Source of the DNA: a virus
Strand: one strand, 5' to 3'
Length of the DNA: 64,000 bases
IMG/VR virus record: IMGVR_UViG_3300021962_000035
Location: 1 to 64,000 of that record
Each line of letters starts with the position of its first letter. The first letter of the stretch is position 1. The position numbers and the translations under genes were made by a program. Positions 35,866-45,289 of the stretch are shown here, in pieces. The notes beneath the pieces were generated by a model that did not search any database, had not been told where the DNA came from, and saw only the letters and a program-made list of their open reading frames with translations.

Positions 35866-36810
35866 ATGATACAAGAACTCTTAACAGAAAAACTACGCCC
35901 AAAGGAGCTTAGACATATGATACTTCCGCAGAGGATATCTAAGATATTCGAGAACGGTCTAGGTCATAATGTCTTATTAAGCGGACCCCCAGGATGTGGC
36001 AAAACTACACTGGCTAAAATATTAGCAACAGGATATCCTAGCATATTCATAAATGTCTCTGATGAAAGCTCGGTAGAAACGATACGGGTAAAAATAAATG
36101 ACTTCTGTTCCACCATATCCGTGATGGACGGTAAATCATCTAAGAAGATTGTCATTTTAGATGAGTTTGACGGAGCTTCGGATCAATTCTATAAAGCACT
36201 AAGGGGAACAATCGAAAAGTTCGCTAGCAACGCTAGATTCATTGCTACGTGCAACTATATCAACAAGGTTCCGGATGCAATCCAAAGTAGATTCGAAGTT
36301 ATAGATTTCAATCCAGTAAACAGTGACGAAGAAAATGCTCTTAAGTCAGAATGGAATAGGAGAATTGGTTTAATTCTAGGTAAAATTGGAATAACCATAG
36401 ATTCAGATTCGCTGAACGAGTTTCAGAAGAATTATTATCCCGATTTCAGATCAGCTTTGAATAAGATTCAGACCTGGATGATAGAGGGAGTTAAAAATGT
36501 AGATTCCGCTAAGATTAACGAGCTAGGTTGGTCTTATGAAGATCTTTATACCCTTATAACCACTTCTAAGGATCCAGTGAAAAACTACCAGAGTATCGCA
36601 GGAGAATACCAAGGAAAGGTTGACGAAGTTATGTCAGCTCTGGGTGAAGAGTTTATAAACTGGATAATTAACAACAAGCCGGAATTGAAGAAAATAATCC
36701 CAGCAGTAATCGTATTAGTTGCAGATCACCAAGCTCAGAGAACCCAGGTTATTGATCCTATGGTTTCTTTATTGTCTCTAGTTTTTCAAATACAGAAACT
36801 AACGGATTAA
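35866..36810 (+). CDS. gp44: Clamp loader large subunit (gp44/RFC-like AAA+)
   Basis: EKLRP, GPPGCGKTT, ILDEFD, IATCN, AIQSRF, PDFR. Confidence 0.93.
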   Translation: MIQELLTEKLRPKELRHMILPQRISKIFENGLGHNVLLSGPPGCGKTTLAKILATGYPSIFINVSDESSVETIRVKINDFCSTISVMDGKSSKKIVILDEFDGASDQFYKALRGTIEKFASNARFIATCNYINKVPDAIQSRFEVIDFNPVNSDEENALKSEWNRRIGLILGKIGITIDSDSLNEFQKNYYPDFRSALNKIQTWMIEGVKNVDSAKINELGWSYEDLYTLITTSKDPVKNYQSIAGEYQGKVDEVMSALGEEFINWIINNKPELKKIIPAVIVLVADHQAQRTQVIDPMVSLLSLVFQIQKLTD

Positions 36811-36811
36811 T

Positions 36812-37336
36812 ATGAATGACAGCTGGAGGAGAATAATCATAGCAGGTAAAGGTGGTTCGGGGAAGGATCACCTAGTTAAGCAATTGAGGGTGGAAGGCTT
36901 AATCTATTCGGTCTCTCACACATCCAGACCCCCGAGAGAAGGAGAATTCAATGGCGTTGATTATTACTTCGTTACTTACGAAGAAGCCATTGAAAGAGCC
37001 AACGGGGGAGATTTTTATGAATGGGTAGAATTTAACAAGTGGTTCTATGGAACATCTATGGATGAATTCTATAGAGCAAATCTTTTTATCATGACACCCA
37101 CAGGAATATCAAAACTAAAACCAGAGGACAGAAAAGAATCCTTTATAATATTCATCGATATTGACGAAAGCATTTTAAGGGAAAGATTAATGGGGAGAAG
37201 AGATGCAGACAAAGCGGAAAGAAGAATTGAAGCTGATAGAGAAGATTTTAAAAACTTTTCTGATTTTGACTGTATAATAACAAACCCCAATTTTACAGTA
37301 AACGAGGTAATGGAAAAAATAAGAAGAAATGATTAA
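36812..37336 (+). CDS. Guanylate kinase-like NMP kinase
   Basis: GKGGSGKD, SHTSRPPREGEFNGVDYYFV, FNKWFYGT. Confidence 0.9.
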   Translation: MNDSWRRIIIAGKGGSGKDHLVKQLRVEGLIYSVSHTSRPPREGEFNGVDYYFVTYEEAIERANGGDFYEWVEFNKWFYGTSMDEFYRANLFIMTPTGISKLKPEDRKESFIIFIDIDESILRERLMGRRDADKAERRIEADREDFKNFSDFDCIITNPNFTVNEVMEKIRRND

Positions 37337-38477
37337 TATACTTATAGACGGTAACTACATATTCCACAAGACCTTTGGCATATTCGCAGGATATGGATCA
37401 AATGTCGATCCAGGAAAGGTACTTAAAAGCAAATCAGATCAATCTATGTTTATTAGAAAGATTGCTACTGATCTTTGTGCTTCGTTAAAAATGCTTCCCG
37501 TTGGAGGCAGATTGATTTTCACATCAGATAGCAGAAGCTGGAGGAAGGATGTGGAAATAGAAGATGGAGGATATAAATCTGGTAGGGTGAAGGACGAAAA
37601 TGTTGATTGGAGCATATTTTTTGATCTTATGCAATCGTTTGGCTCTCATCTCGAAAAAATGGGATTCATTTTTTCTAAAATCGAAGGTGCCGAGGGAGAT
37701 GATCTACTTCTTTACTGGTCTCAGAAATTCAATGACGAGGGCGAAAGCTGTATTATTATAAGTGGAGATAAGGATCTACATCAGCTTGCTAGAATGAAGG
37801 GCCCGGACGTTTGGACTGCCACTTGGAATAGTAATTCTAAGAAAAATGTCCTTTCAGTCCCTACTGGATGGAAAGAGAATTGGTTAAATGAATCTAGAAG
37901 TGAAGTTAGCATTTTTAACATGAGCTCTACAATTTCTCCAGAGAAAGAAAGACTAAAAGATTTTCTTAAGAAAGTTGATATTGAAGAGATAGACAGTTTT
38001 CCTTTTATATTCAATAAAATCCTAGTTGGAGATAAAGGTGACTCTGTACCTAGTGTATGGGAATTCGAGTCTAATGGAAAGATCAGTAGATTTACACCTA
38101 AAAGTGCAGAGAAAATATATGCGATGTTTCTAGAATCCAGTTGGAGAAATCTCCCTATAAGATCACTGATAGAGGACGAGGATTTTCTGGGATGGATTTC
38201 CCCATTGATATTAAAGATAGGGAAGGGAGTAGACAGTACAGAAAACAGAGCTAAGGTTAAACACAATTTTCTTAGAAATCTCAAGTTAATGTGGCTCGAT
38301 GATATGGTGATTCCTGAGAGTGTTTCTATGAACTGTAAATTGGAAACATCAAGGGGGATTAAGCTAGAAAAGAAAGCAGTAACACTTGACCGAATAAAAA
38401 TATTAGAAGGAACAGAATGGATATCTACTGCAGGCCAGCCTAAAGGTTTTGATCCGTTCGAGCACTTTTTAAAATAA
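37329..38477 (+). CDS. rnh: T4 RNase H-like 5'-3' exonuclease (FEN/PIN fold)
   Basis: LIDGNY, DSRSWRK, YKSGR, EGAEGDD, ISGDKDLHQL, GDKGDSVP. Confidence 0.88.
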   Translation: MINILIDGNYIFHKTFGIFAGYGSNVDPGKVLKSKSDQSMFIRKIATDLCASLKMLPVGGRLIFTSDSRSWRKDVEIEDGGYKSGRVKDENVDWSIFFDLMQSFGSHLEKMGFIFSKIEGAEGDDLLLYWSQKFNDEGESCIIISGDKDLHQLARMKGPDVWTATWNSNSKKNVLSVPTGWKENWLNESRSEVSIFNMSSTISPEKERLKDFLKKVDIEEIDSFPFIFNKILVGDKGDSVPSVWEFESNGKISRFTPKSAEKIYAMFLESSWRNLPIRSLIEDEDFLGWISPLILKIGKGVDSTENRAKVKHNFLRNLKLMWLDDMVIPESVSMNCKLETSRGIKLEKKAVTLDRIKILEGTEWISTAGQPKGFDPFEHFLK

Positions 38478-38481
38478 AATT

Positions 38482-38901
38482 ATGCAACTTTTTGACGTCA
38501 TAAAACTCATATTTAACAATAAACCTAAAGAGTGGAAATCTGTAGGTAAGATAGACAAGTCTAGGAATTTTTTTATGATTAATCGTATTATGTCTATCCA
38601 GTTTCCGATACAGGCTAATCAGTTCAATAAGTTGAAGGTAGTTCCCGCACCGGTAGTTGATTGGTGGCACGATACCTTATCTGCAAGATTTTCAAAACCA
38701 CCTACTTGGTTATACACCAAAACCAAAAAAGCAGAATCGATTAAAACGGAGGAAACTAAATCTTTAGAAGCAGTAGAATCTTTTATAAGAGATAAATACA
38801 GAATATCCAAAAGGGACCTTGAAACACTTAAAAGGTTTTATCCTGATAAGTACTCTTCATGGGCATCGGACATATCCGACCAAGCGGGACTTCAAAAATA
38901 G
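38482..38901 (+). CDS. Probable clamp loader small subunit (gp62-like)
   Basis: FFMINRIMS...ANQFN pattern; lies in the replication operon. Confidence 0.5.
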   Translation: MQLFDVIKLIFNNKPKEWKSVGKIDKSRNFFMINRIMSIQFPIQANQFNKLKVVPAPVVDWWHDTLSARFSKPPTWLYTKTKKAESIKTEETKSLEAVESFIRDKYRISKRDLETLKRFYPDKYSSWASDISDQAGLQK

Positions 38902-38917
38902 ATAATATATAAGGGAT

Positions 38918-39472
38918 ATGGCGAAGCAAAGTAATAAATTGATCGACAAGGTTATTAGCAGCTTGGATTGGGATTCCATTCTTGAGGTTAATAGATGTTT
39001 TAAAATAGGGGTAGGAGAAGGCACATCGGTCATCCCGGGATTAAAGAGGAAGGTTTTTAGTGATTCGCTTACAAAGACCGACATAAAATCAGAATTGAAG
39101 ATACTTCTTAAATACGCTATCCAAAATGATATAGCTGAACTTTTTTACGGGCCTTGGATGATCTTTTGGGTAAACGGTGAATGGGTAGAAATTCAAAGAG
39201 AGGACGATGATGACGATGATGATGATGATGACCACGACACCAAAGCTGGAATCAATTTTAATTTTGATTCAAGTCTAGAAGTTATTTATTCACCACAAAG
39301 AATCCATATAGTAGGTAATTCCGATAAGAATGACCTAACACACGACGAGTCCGATGTCACTCGTTTAGAGGCTATGCTTAAGAAAGCTTTAGATTCAGAA
39401 AACTATGAACTGGCCTCAAAAATAAAAGATCTTCTAGCGCTCCAGAATGGAGAGGCCGCTGAAGATAAATAG
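38918..39472 (+). CDS. Hypothetical protein with poly-Asp tract and C-terminal UVR (UvrB/C) motif
   Basis: LEAMLKKALDSENYELASKIKDLL. Confidence 0.7.
   Translation: MAKQSNKLIDKVISSLDWDSILEVNRCFKIGVGEGTSVIPGLKRKVFSDSLTKTDIKSELKILLKYAIQNDIAELFYGPWMIFWVNGEWVEIQREDDDDDDDDDDHDTKAGINFNFDSSLEVIYSPQRIHIVGNSDKNDLTHDESDVTRLEAMLKKALDSENYELASKIKDLLALQNGEAAEDK
39203..39232 (+). repeat. (GAY)10 trinucleotide repeat encoding Asp10
   Basis: gacgatgatgacgatgatgatgatgatgac. Confidence 0.9.
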
Positions 39473-39476
39473 TCTA

Positions 39477-39965
39477 ATGAAATACATCAAATCAATAAAC
39501 GAAGATTTCGGTGGCGAAAGTGGAGCATTTGGTGACACTTACGGTTACGGAGGAGCAAATGGGGTTTTAAAGATAAACTACAAGCCATTTAGCGATTTAT
39601 CGGTTTCCGTAGGTACTGATCCTAATATGAAGACTGATGTAAAGGGATCTGAATACAAAATAGGAGATGTTGTAATAGCTGAGCCTCTAGATTCCAAAAG
39701 CAAAGTTACAGGAGTAATAGTTAGATCTTTCAGAAAACCTGATAATATAGAGTTCAGATATTTTATCCAGGTTTATAACAAGGGTAAAAAAACTGAGAGA
39801 GTAATAGAGGTTAAATCAGACTCTATTAAGTTTGCTGAAGGTGGCGAACACGGAAATATGGCAACTGTAACTAAATACAAAAATAGCGAGATTGCAGACA
39901 AGAGCTATAATTCTAAGACAGTTTACAATTCATCCGAATTAGGCCTAGAAACAACTGGGGGCTAA
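39477..39965 (+). CDS. Probable internal head protein with KOW/SH3-like domain
   Basis: Start MKYIKSINE at ATG 39477; YKIGDVVIAE...VTGVIV. Confidence 0.6.
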   Translation: MKYIKSINEDFGGESGAFGDTYGYGGANGVLKINYKPFSDLSVSVGTDPNMKTDVKGSEYKIGDVVIAEPLDSKSKVTGVIVRSFRKPDNIEFRYFIQVYNKGKKTERVIEVKSDSIKFAEGGEHGNMATVTKYKNSEIADKSYNSKTVYNSSELGLETTGG

Positions 39966-39972
39966 TTTTACG

Positions 39973-40001
39973 GAAACTTAAAGACCTTTTATCAGTACAA
40001 T
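39973..40001 (+). promoter_or_regulatory. Middle/ECF-type promoter GAAAC-N17-GTACAAT
   Basis: Upstream of the UVDE-like gene. Confidence 0.6.
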
Positions 40002-40016
40002 CTTAAAAAGGATTAG

Positions 40017-40919
40017 ATGATATCAGGACAAACTCCACCAAAAATATCTTATATAGGACCTCACACAGAATCTGGTGATTTGAGGTCTCAGATAAATTCA
40101 TACGAGGAGATGCTTTATGTCATTTTAAATAACATAAAGCTTAATATAGAAATCGACATAAAGATCACATGCATTGATGTATGTGATTTTTCATATTCGC
40201 CAAATTTCTTTAGAGAGGTTATAGAGGAGGAATCTGAAAAGATCTCTTCCATTATAGATGAGATAAATTCATTCATTGCTAAAAACGATGTAAAGATACT
40301 CTTTTCTGTTAATAGAGAATATTTTCTAGGCACCCAATTGGAAAACGTAAAGAGCTCAACACTAGCTCTCTTTTCTAGATTGTCTGAGATTCTTGACCTC
40401 ATAGGTGTAAACTATCCTTCTATAATGGTCAGGGTTGGCTCAGCATACGGGAATAGAAGAAATACTATGGATCTATTTTGTGAAAGACTTTCAGATCTGG
40501 ATCAGTGTGTTATAGACAAACTTTGTGTTATGAATGACGACAAGCCTAGCTTATTTTCTGTTACCGATCTTCTGTCCGGGATATACTACAAGGCAGGGAT
40601 ACCAATTTGCTTTAGACTTCTACCCCACCAATTTAACGACGGAGGATTGAGCATAAGAGAAGCTTTGTTTCTTTCCTGTTCTACCTGGAAGGCAGGACGG
40701 AAACCCTTCTTCATTCATTCAGAATCTTTAGAATGTGATGAAATTGGATACCCGCTCACTTCAAAGACTTCGGAATACCTTAAAAGTAGAATACCAACTT
40801 TCGGATTGGATATAGACGTGATAATAGATTCACCAGCAAGAGAGGATTCGTGTCTAAAATATAGAATGGATTATAGAGGACTTCCTCCTATAGTAATAAA
40901 CAAAAACCCTAAGAAATAA
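40017..40919 (+). CDS. UV-damage endonuclease (UvsE/UVDE)-like protein with degenerate active site
   Basis: VGSAYGNR, MNDDKPSLFSVTDL, IPICF, STW...P.FIHSES follow the UVDE motif order, but metal ligands are replaced. Confidence 0.7.
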   Translation: MISGQTPPKISYIGPHTESGDLRSQINSYEEMLYVILNNIKLNIEIDIKITCIDVCDFSYSPNFFREVIEEESEKISSIIDEINSFIAKNDVKILFSVNREYFLGTQLENVKSSTLALFSRLSEILDLIGVNYPSIMVRVGSAYGNRRNTMDLFCERLSDLDQCVIDKLCVMNDDKPSLFSVTDLLSGIYYKAGIPICFRLLPHQFNDGGLSIREALFLSCSTWKAGRKPFFIHSESLECDEIGYPLTSKTSEYLKSRIPTFGLDIDVIIDSPAREDSCLKYRMDYRGLPPIVINKNPKK

Positions 40920-40942
40920 TTTTTTATTTCGCGATATTGTAT

Positions 40943-40950
40943 TATCTTTG
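40943..40950 (+). promoter_or_regulatory. Bacteroidota-type -7 element (TATCTTTG)
   Basis: Upstream of the 3'-5' exonuclease. Confidence 0.65.
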
Positions 40951-40963
40951 TAAAAAATAAGGA

Positions 40964-41671
40964 ATGTTCACTAAGGAATCTATTTATAAGTACCTGTATT
41001 TTGACGTTGAAACTGCAGGACTTTACCCCTCGTTAGAGGTAATGCACGATGAAAATCATAGATTATGGGAGCTCTGGAAAAAGAGAGAAGATTATTATAA
41101 GGGAGCTTATCCCACTTTGGCTTCTGCTTCTTCCGAGGAAATCTATAAACAAAAAGGAGGTCTGGAACCAGAATTTTCTAGAGTTGTTTGTGTTTCCTTC
41201 GGATCCTTTACTGACGATGGACAAGAAAGATTTGCATCGTTTTACGGCGAGGATGAGCATGATATTCTGACCAAGTCAGCTAAGGTACTAAATAATGCTG
41301 CTGCCAAGAATTGGAAATTGTGTGGACACAACATTAAAGGATTTGACGTTCCGTGTTTAGGCAAAAGAATGATCTATAATGGAATAAACCCTCCGACTAA
41401 TATAAGAATATGGGACAAGAAGCCATGGGAAATACCGTACGTGGATACTTCTGATATTTTTGCTTTCGGAAGCTGGACGCATCAAAAATATCTAAGTTTG
41501 GATCTTCTTTCATGTTCTCTTGGGGTAGAATCCCCTAAGCAGTTAATGGACGGATCCAAGGTAAATGATTCCTTTTGGACTGATAAAGACTATGAAGGCA
41601 TTAAGAAGTACTGCGAACTGGACGTAAGCACAGTTATGGAGGTTATGCTTAAAATATGCTTTGAAAGCTAA
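40964..41671 (+). CDS. Stand-alone 3'-5' exonuclease (PolB-exo-like, DEDDy)
   Basis: YFDVET, GHNIKGFDVP, SLDLLS..LG..SPK, YCELDV. Confidence 0.88.
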   Translation: MFTKESIYKYLYFDVETAGLYPSLEVMHDENHRLWELWKKREDYYKGAYPTLASASSEEIYKQKGGLEPEFSRVVCVSFGSFTDDGQERFASFYGEDEHDILTKSAKVLNNAAAKNWKLCGHNIKGFDVPCLGKRMIYNGINPPTNIRIWDKKPWEIPYVDTSDIFAFGSWTHQKYLSLDLLSCSLGVESPKQLMDGSKVNDSFWTDKDYEGIKKYCELDVSTVMEVMLKICFES

Positions 41672-41708
41672 ATAAGCCATTTACGAATAACATCTAAAGC
41701 TTTTCTTT

Positions 41709-41716
41709 GATATATA
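41709..41716 (+). promoter_or_regulatory. Late promoter GATATATA
   Basis: Upstream of the nucleotidyltransferase gene. Confidence 0.75.
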
Positions 41717-41733
41717 CAAGAAAAGCTTTTTTT

Positions 41734-42540
41734 GTGGGTTCAGTTTTATCTTATAAAAAATTTATTAATGCTTCACCTATCCTGGAGAGACAAGTAAACC
41801 CGTTCTATCACGACGAACTAAATCCTGTTTTCTGGACGAAGAAAATGAAGGGTGATGATGTTGAATGGTTATTTGATCAGAGGGTAAGAAAAAAGCTCCT
41901 TAGAATAGCGGACGAATTCTTTGAAAAGTTTGAGGAGATTCTTAAACAAAAGGACATAGTAGATATCCAATTAACTGGATCTCTAGCAAACTTCAACTAC
42001 ACTAATCTATCTGACCTTGATGTCCATGTTATCGTCAACCTCGAAGGTATAGATGACGAAAATCCCAAGATACTTAAGACCGCACTAGACGGTATAAGAT
42101 TTATATGGAATCTAAGACACAACATATCAATCAGGGGATATGACGTGGAGCTATATGTGCAGGACGCAAAAGAGCCTCACGTAGCTTCTGGCCTGTTCTC
42201 CCTAATGAATAACGAATGGATAAAGAATCCTGTATTCGATCCGCCAGAGATAGATGAGATGGACGTGAACAAGAAGACAGATGCTATGGCATATGAAATA
42301 GAACAGCTCCACACGAGATTGATTGCTTCTACCGCACTTCCTCATAATGCCAAAGAGCTATATAATAGAGGTATGAAGTTAAAGGAGAAAATCATGAAGA
42401 TGAGGAAAGAGGGACTTGCAAAGGAGGGTGAATTCTCAATCGGTAATTTGGCATTTAAAAAGCTCAGAAATGAAGGATATATAGAGAAATTGATAGACCT
42501 GACTTCAGAGGCTTACGATAAAATCTACAACGAAAAATAG
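41734..42540 (+). CDS. Nucleotidyltransferase (Pol beta superfamily)
   Basis: LTGSLANFNYTNLSDLDVHV, GYDVELYVQD, GEFSIGNLAFKKLR; start moved to GTG 41734 because the late promoter overlaps TTG 41707. Confidence 0.85.
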   Translation: MGSVLSYKKFINASPILERQVNPFYHDELNPVFWTKKMKGDDVEWLFDQRVRKKLLRIADEFFEKFEEILKQKDIVDIQLTGSLANFNYTNLSDLDVHVIVNLEGIDDENPKILKTALDGIRFIWNLRHNISIRGYDVELYVQDAKEPHVASGLFSLMNNEWIKNPVFDPPEIDEMDVNKKTDAMAYEIEQLHTRLIASTALPHNAKELYNRGMKLKEKIMKMRKEGLAKEGEFSIGNLAFKKLRNEGYIEKLIDLTSEAYDKIYNEK

Positions 42541-42547
42541 GACAAAA

Positions 42548-45229
42548 ATGATAATACTTTTAGCAAAGGACGGTAAATATTCTATGGGAAATGACTTCCC
42601 GATATTTACTATTCCATTAGAAATGAAAGGTGCAACCAGTCAATCTTTAGAAGATTTTCAGTGGTGGGCTTACTCAAAAGACTTTAGAGAATGGCTTAAG
42701 AAAAATCCGAGAGAGTGGGTCGCAGATTCTGAGGATATGACCAAGTATGAAGATATTTCACAGATCATCAGAGAATCTAAAGGCGGGAGTGGTTATTCAT
42801 TAAACAAGGCAATCAGAGAGATAAACGAGTATATTGACCACGAAGAAAATAGAGTTTCTAATTTTTCAGACTTTTACTCTTCTGCAGTTTTTGAAGACGA
42901 TACAAAACAAAGTAATGCTAAAGAGGGAGAGGAAAAAGCGGTAAAACTGGCGTTCTCATATAATAAACTTCTATCTGACGGTAAGTTGGATAAGGAATAT
43001 TCCGTTATAGATCAAAAACCTGGTCAGGATAAAGCAGTATTTCTTTGTTTAGAGGATGCTGAATCAGGAGAAAATCTATTACAAACGATGGATGCCTACA
43101 AGATGGCTCCTATGGAGATTGAAAACCCTGATGCTAAATTTAGACTTTTTGAGATTAAGGATAGAATGATATCTGGACCTATACCAGACGATGCTACAGG
43201 TCCTAGTATAGCTCAAGAGGCTTTGAATAAAGGTCTTCAGTATGGAGTTTATGCAGTTGCTGCAGGAGGTATATTTGCTGGTATCAAATGGTTAGGTAGA
43301 GGCGTAGCTTTAAGACAGGCATATAAGGGACTCAAATTTTTAAGAACAGGTAAAGATGCAGCAGCAGCTGCTAGAGCGGCTAAAATCGCTAGAGACGGTA
43401 CTAGACTAGCAAGAGCTGGAAAGGGAATAAAAAGTCTTTGGGGATATGCTAGCCCGATGAAAGCTATTGCTTTCTGGGGAAGAATTGGTAAAGCTGGTAT
43501 AGAAGGAGCTAAACTTCAGAAAGCTCTTGGATCAATGGAGGGAGCAGGATTAGTTGCTAAGTCCGTTGGTATGGTTAAGGGATTCGTTACTGGTGCTAAA
43601 GCAGCAGCAGGAGCAACCAAAGCAGCAGAATGGACAAATCCTGTAGGTTGGGCACTTTTAGCTATAAATGCGATAGGTTCTACATGGAATTGGTATAGCG
43701 GTAATCAAGCACCTAGACTTGGTCAGGTGGAGGATTTTGCTAAAGATAGATTCGATCCTAAGGCTATAGATATAGGAGTTCCTATTACCATATGTTGGTC
43801 TCAGCCTGCTGGTGGATGGGGGATAGCAGTTTCTTTTCTCTGGAAAAATGAAACCAGAACCACTATGGAACTTATTAAGGTTGCTGAAAGAGGTGGTAAA
43901 TCAATATTCATATTGACCCAAATAAACGCTAAAGAAATTCAGAAACAAATAGCTGAATATGATATTACCCTTATAGCTTTTGATAATAGCGACGTGGTTG
44001 AGACCGGATTGATTGATAATGACGATCTTGATTTCGACATGTTTTGTAGTAAGCAAGATCTCAATTCTCTTTTCAACTATCAAGGATCTTGCGATTGGAG
44101 TTTGTTTGAGGATGAGTTCAATAATGCAAGCAGTAGTTTATTAATAAGCGATCCGAATGCACCAGATGAATACGAATTCCATTTTAGTGATTCTGAGGAC
44201 AACATAATAAATGTAGTGGGTAAAAAAGTTTCTACTGAAGATTTATCCAAATATTCTGAGGATGACTTAAATAGAATATTCGGTGTTACAATTTCAAAAG
44301 AGACCGAATCTAAAATAAAAGCTGGAGCTGAAAAAGCACCAGAGGAAACTGAGGAGCCTGAAGCAGAAACAGCTGAGGTTAGCGATAGCTTAAATCATGG
44401 ATGGGCTTCTGCTCTAAATGAATCTCAAGTTATAACAAGATTCTCTGATTTCAAAAAAGTAGCATATCAATTACACGAAGAAGAAGGAAACACTACAGCT
44501 AAGGGTAATCCAGAAGAGGGATCGGATGATGAGGATTCAAAATCTAGCAATATGCCAGCTTTAACCCCTGATCAGATGAGTGGACCTGCGGAGATTGCAA
44601 TATACCTTGTTACGGAGAGAGATTACGCAGATCCTAAATTAAGAGGAAAATATGAGACTGGAGAATTCACTAACTTTTTATTAGATCCTAAAGACTGGGA
44701 AGCTAGAAACGGGTCACCGGTAGACATTGATCCTAATACCGATGAAATCCTGGAGGATACCGTAAGAGGTCTTTACACTTATGTCGAGAAGAAGGAAGAG
44801 GACAAACCTATCGTAAAAGACGAAGTTCAGGACGCTGACGATTCGGATAAGGATGATAAAGAAGAAAAAGATAAGATAGAAGCTAAAAAGGATGACTATT
44901 ACATAACAGTTAGTCCTGAGGATGTTGAAATCAAGGACAGAAAAAGCTCAACAGTAATCAGAGATATGTCAATGGGGGGTGGAGTTAATTTATACGATAC
45001 CCTATTAACCTCGCAGGAAAAAGAAGCTTTAAAGATAGAAAACTGGAAGACTGTTACCTTCGCAAAAGAACTCCGTGACAACAAAGGGGATATCATAGAA
45101 GTTAAGTTTAAGAATAAATATGCTCCTTTTGGAGACAAGTCTAGAAAATATAGAGCAACAGATGGTGAAGCCTTTGAGATTGCTAAAAGATTCGTAGAAC
45201 AGACTAAGGACAGGATAAAGTACGAATAA
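42548..45229 (+). CDS. Large hypothetical virion protein with Ala/Gly-rich hydrophobic region (possible ejection protein)
   Basis: GVYAVAAGGIFAGIKWLG...NPVGWALLAINAIGSTWNW; xNE motifs; lies upstream of the protease gene. Confidence 0.55.
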   Translation: MIILLAKDGKYSMGNDFPIFTIPLEMKGATSQSLEDFQWWAYSKDFREWLKKNPREWVADSEDMTKYEDISQIIRESKGGSGYSLNKAIREINEYIDHEENRVSNFSDFYSSAVFEDDTKQSNAKEGEEKAVKLAFSYNKLLSDGKLDKEYSVIDQKPGQDKAVFLCLEDAESGENLLQTMDAYKMAPMEIENPDAKFRLFEIKDRMISGPIPDDATGPSIAQEALNKGLQYGVYAVAAGGIFAGIKWLGRGVALRQAYKGLKFLRTGKDAAAAARAAKIARDGTRLARAGKGIKSLWGYASPMKAIAFWGRIGKAGIEGAKLQKALGSMEGAGLVAKSVGMVKGFVTGAKAAAGATKAAEWTNPVGWALLAINAIGSTWNWYSGNQAPRLGQVEDFAKDRFDPKAIDIGVPITICWSQPAGGWGIAVSFLWKNETRTTMELIKVAERGGKSIFILTQINAKEIQKQIAEYDITLIAFDNSDVVETGLIDNDDLDFDMFCSKQDLNSLFNYQGSCDWSLFEDEFNNASSSLLISDPNAPDEYEFHFSDSEDNIINVVGKKVSTEDLSKYSEDDLNRIFGVTISKETESKIKAGAEKAPEETEEPEAETAEVSDSLNHGWASALNESQVITRFSDFKKVAYQLHEEEGNTTAKGNPEEGSDDEDSKSSNMPALTPDQMSGPAEIAIYLVTERDYADPKLRGKYETGEFTNFLLDPKDWEARNGSPVDIDPNTDEILEDTVRGLYTYVEKKEEDKPIVKDEVQDADDSDKDDKEEKDKIEAKKDDYYITVSPEDVEIKDRKSSTVIRDMSMGGGVNLYDTLLTSQEKEALKIENWKTVTFAKELRDNKGDIIEVKFKNKYAPFGDKSRKYRATDGEAFEIAKRFVEQTKDRIKYE

Positions 45230-45253
45230 GCAGAAAAAAATAAAATTTCTGTT

Positions 45254-45261
45254 GATATATA
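45254..45261 (+). promoter_or_regulatory. Late promoter GATATATA
   Basis: Upstream of the prohead protease gene. Confidence 0.8.
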
Positions 45262-45289
45262 AGTAACATAAAAAGTAGTAAAAAAGAGC

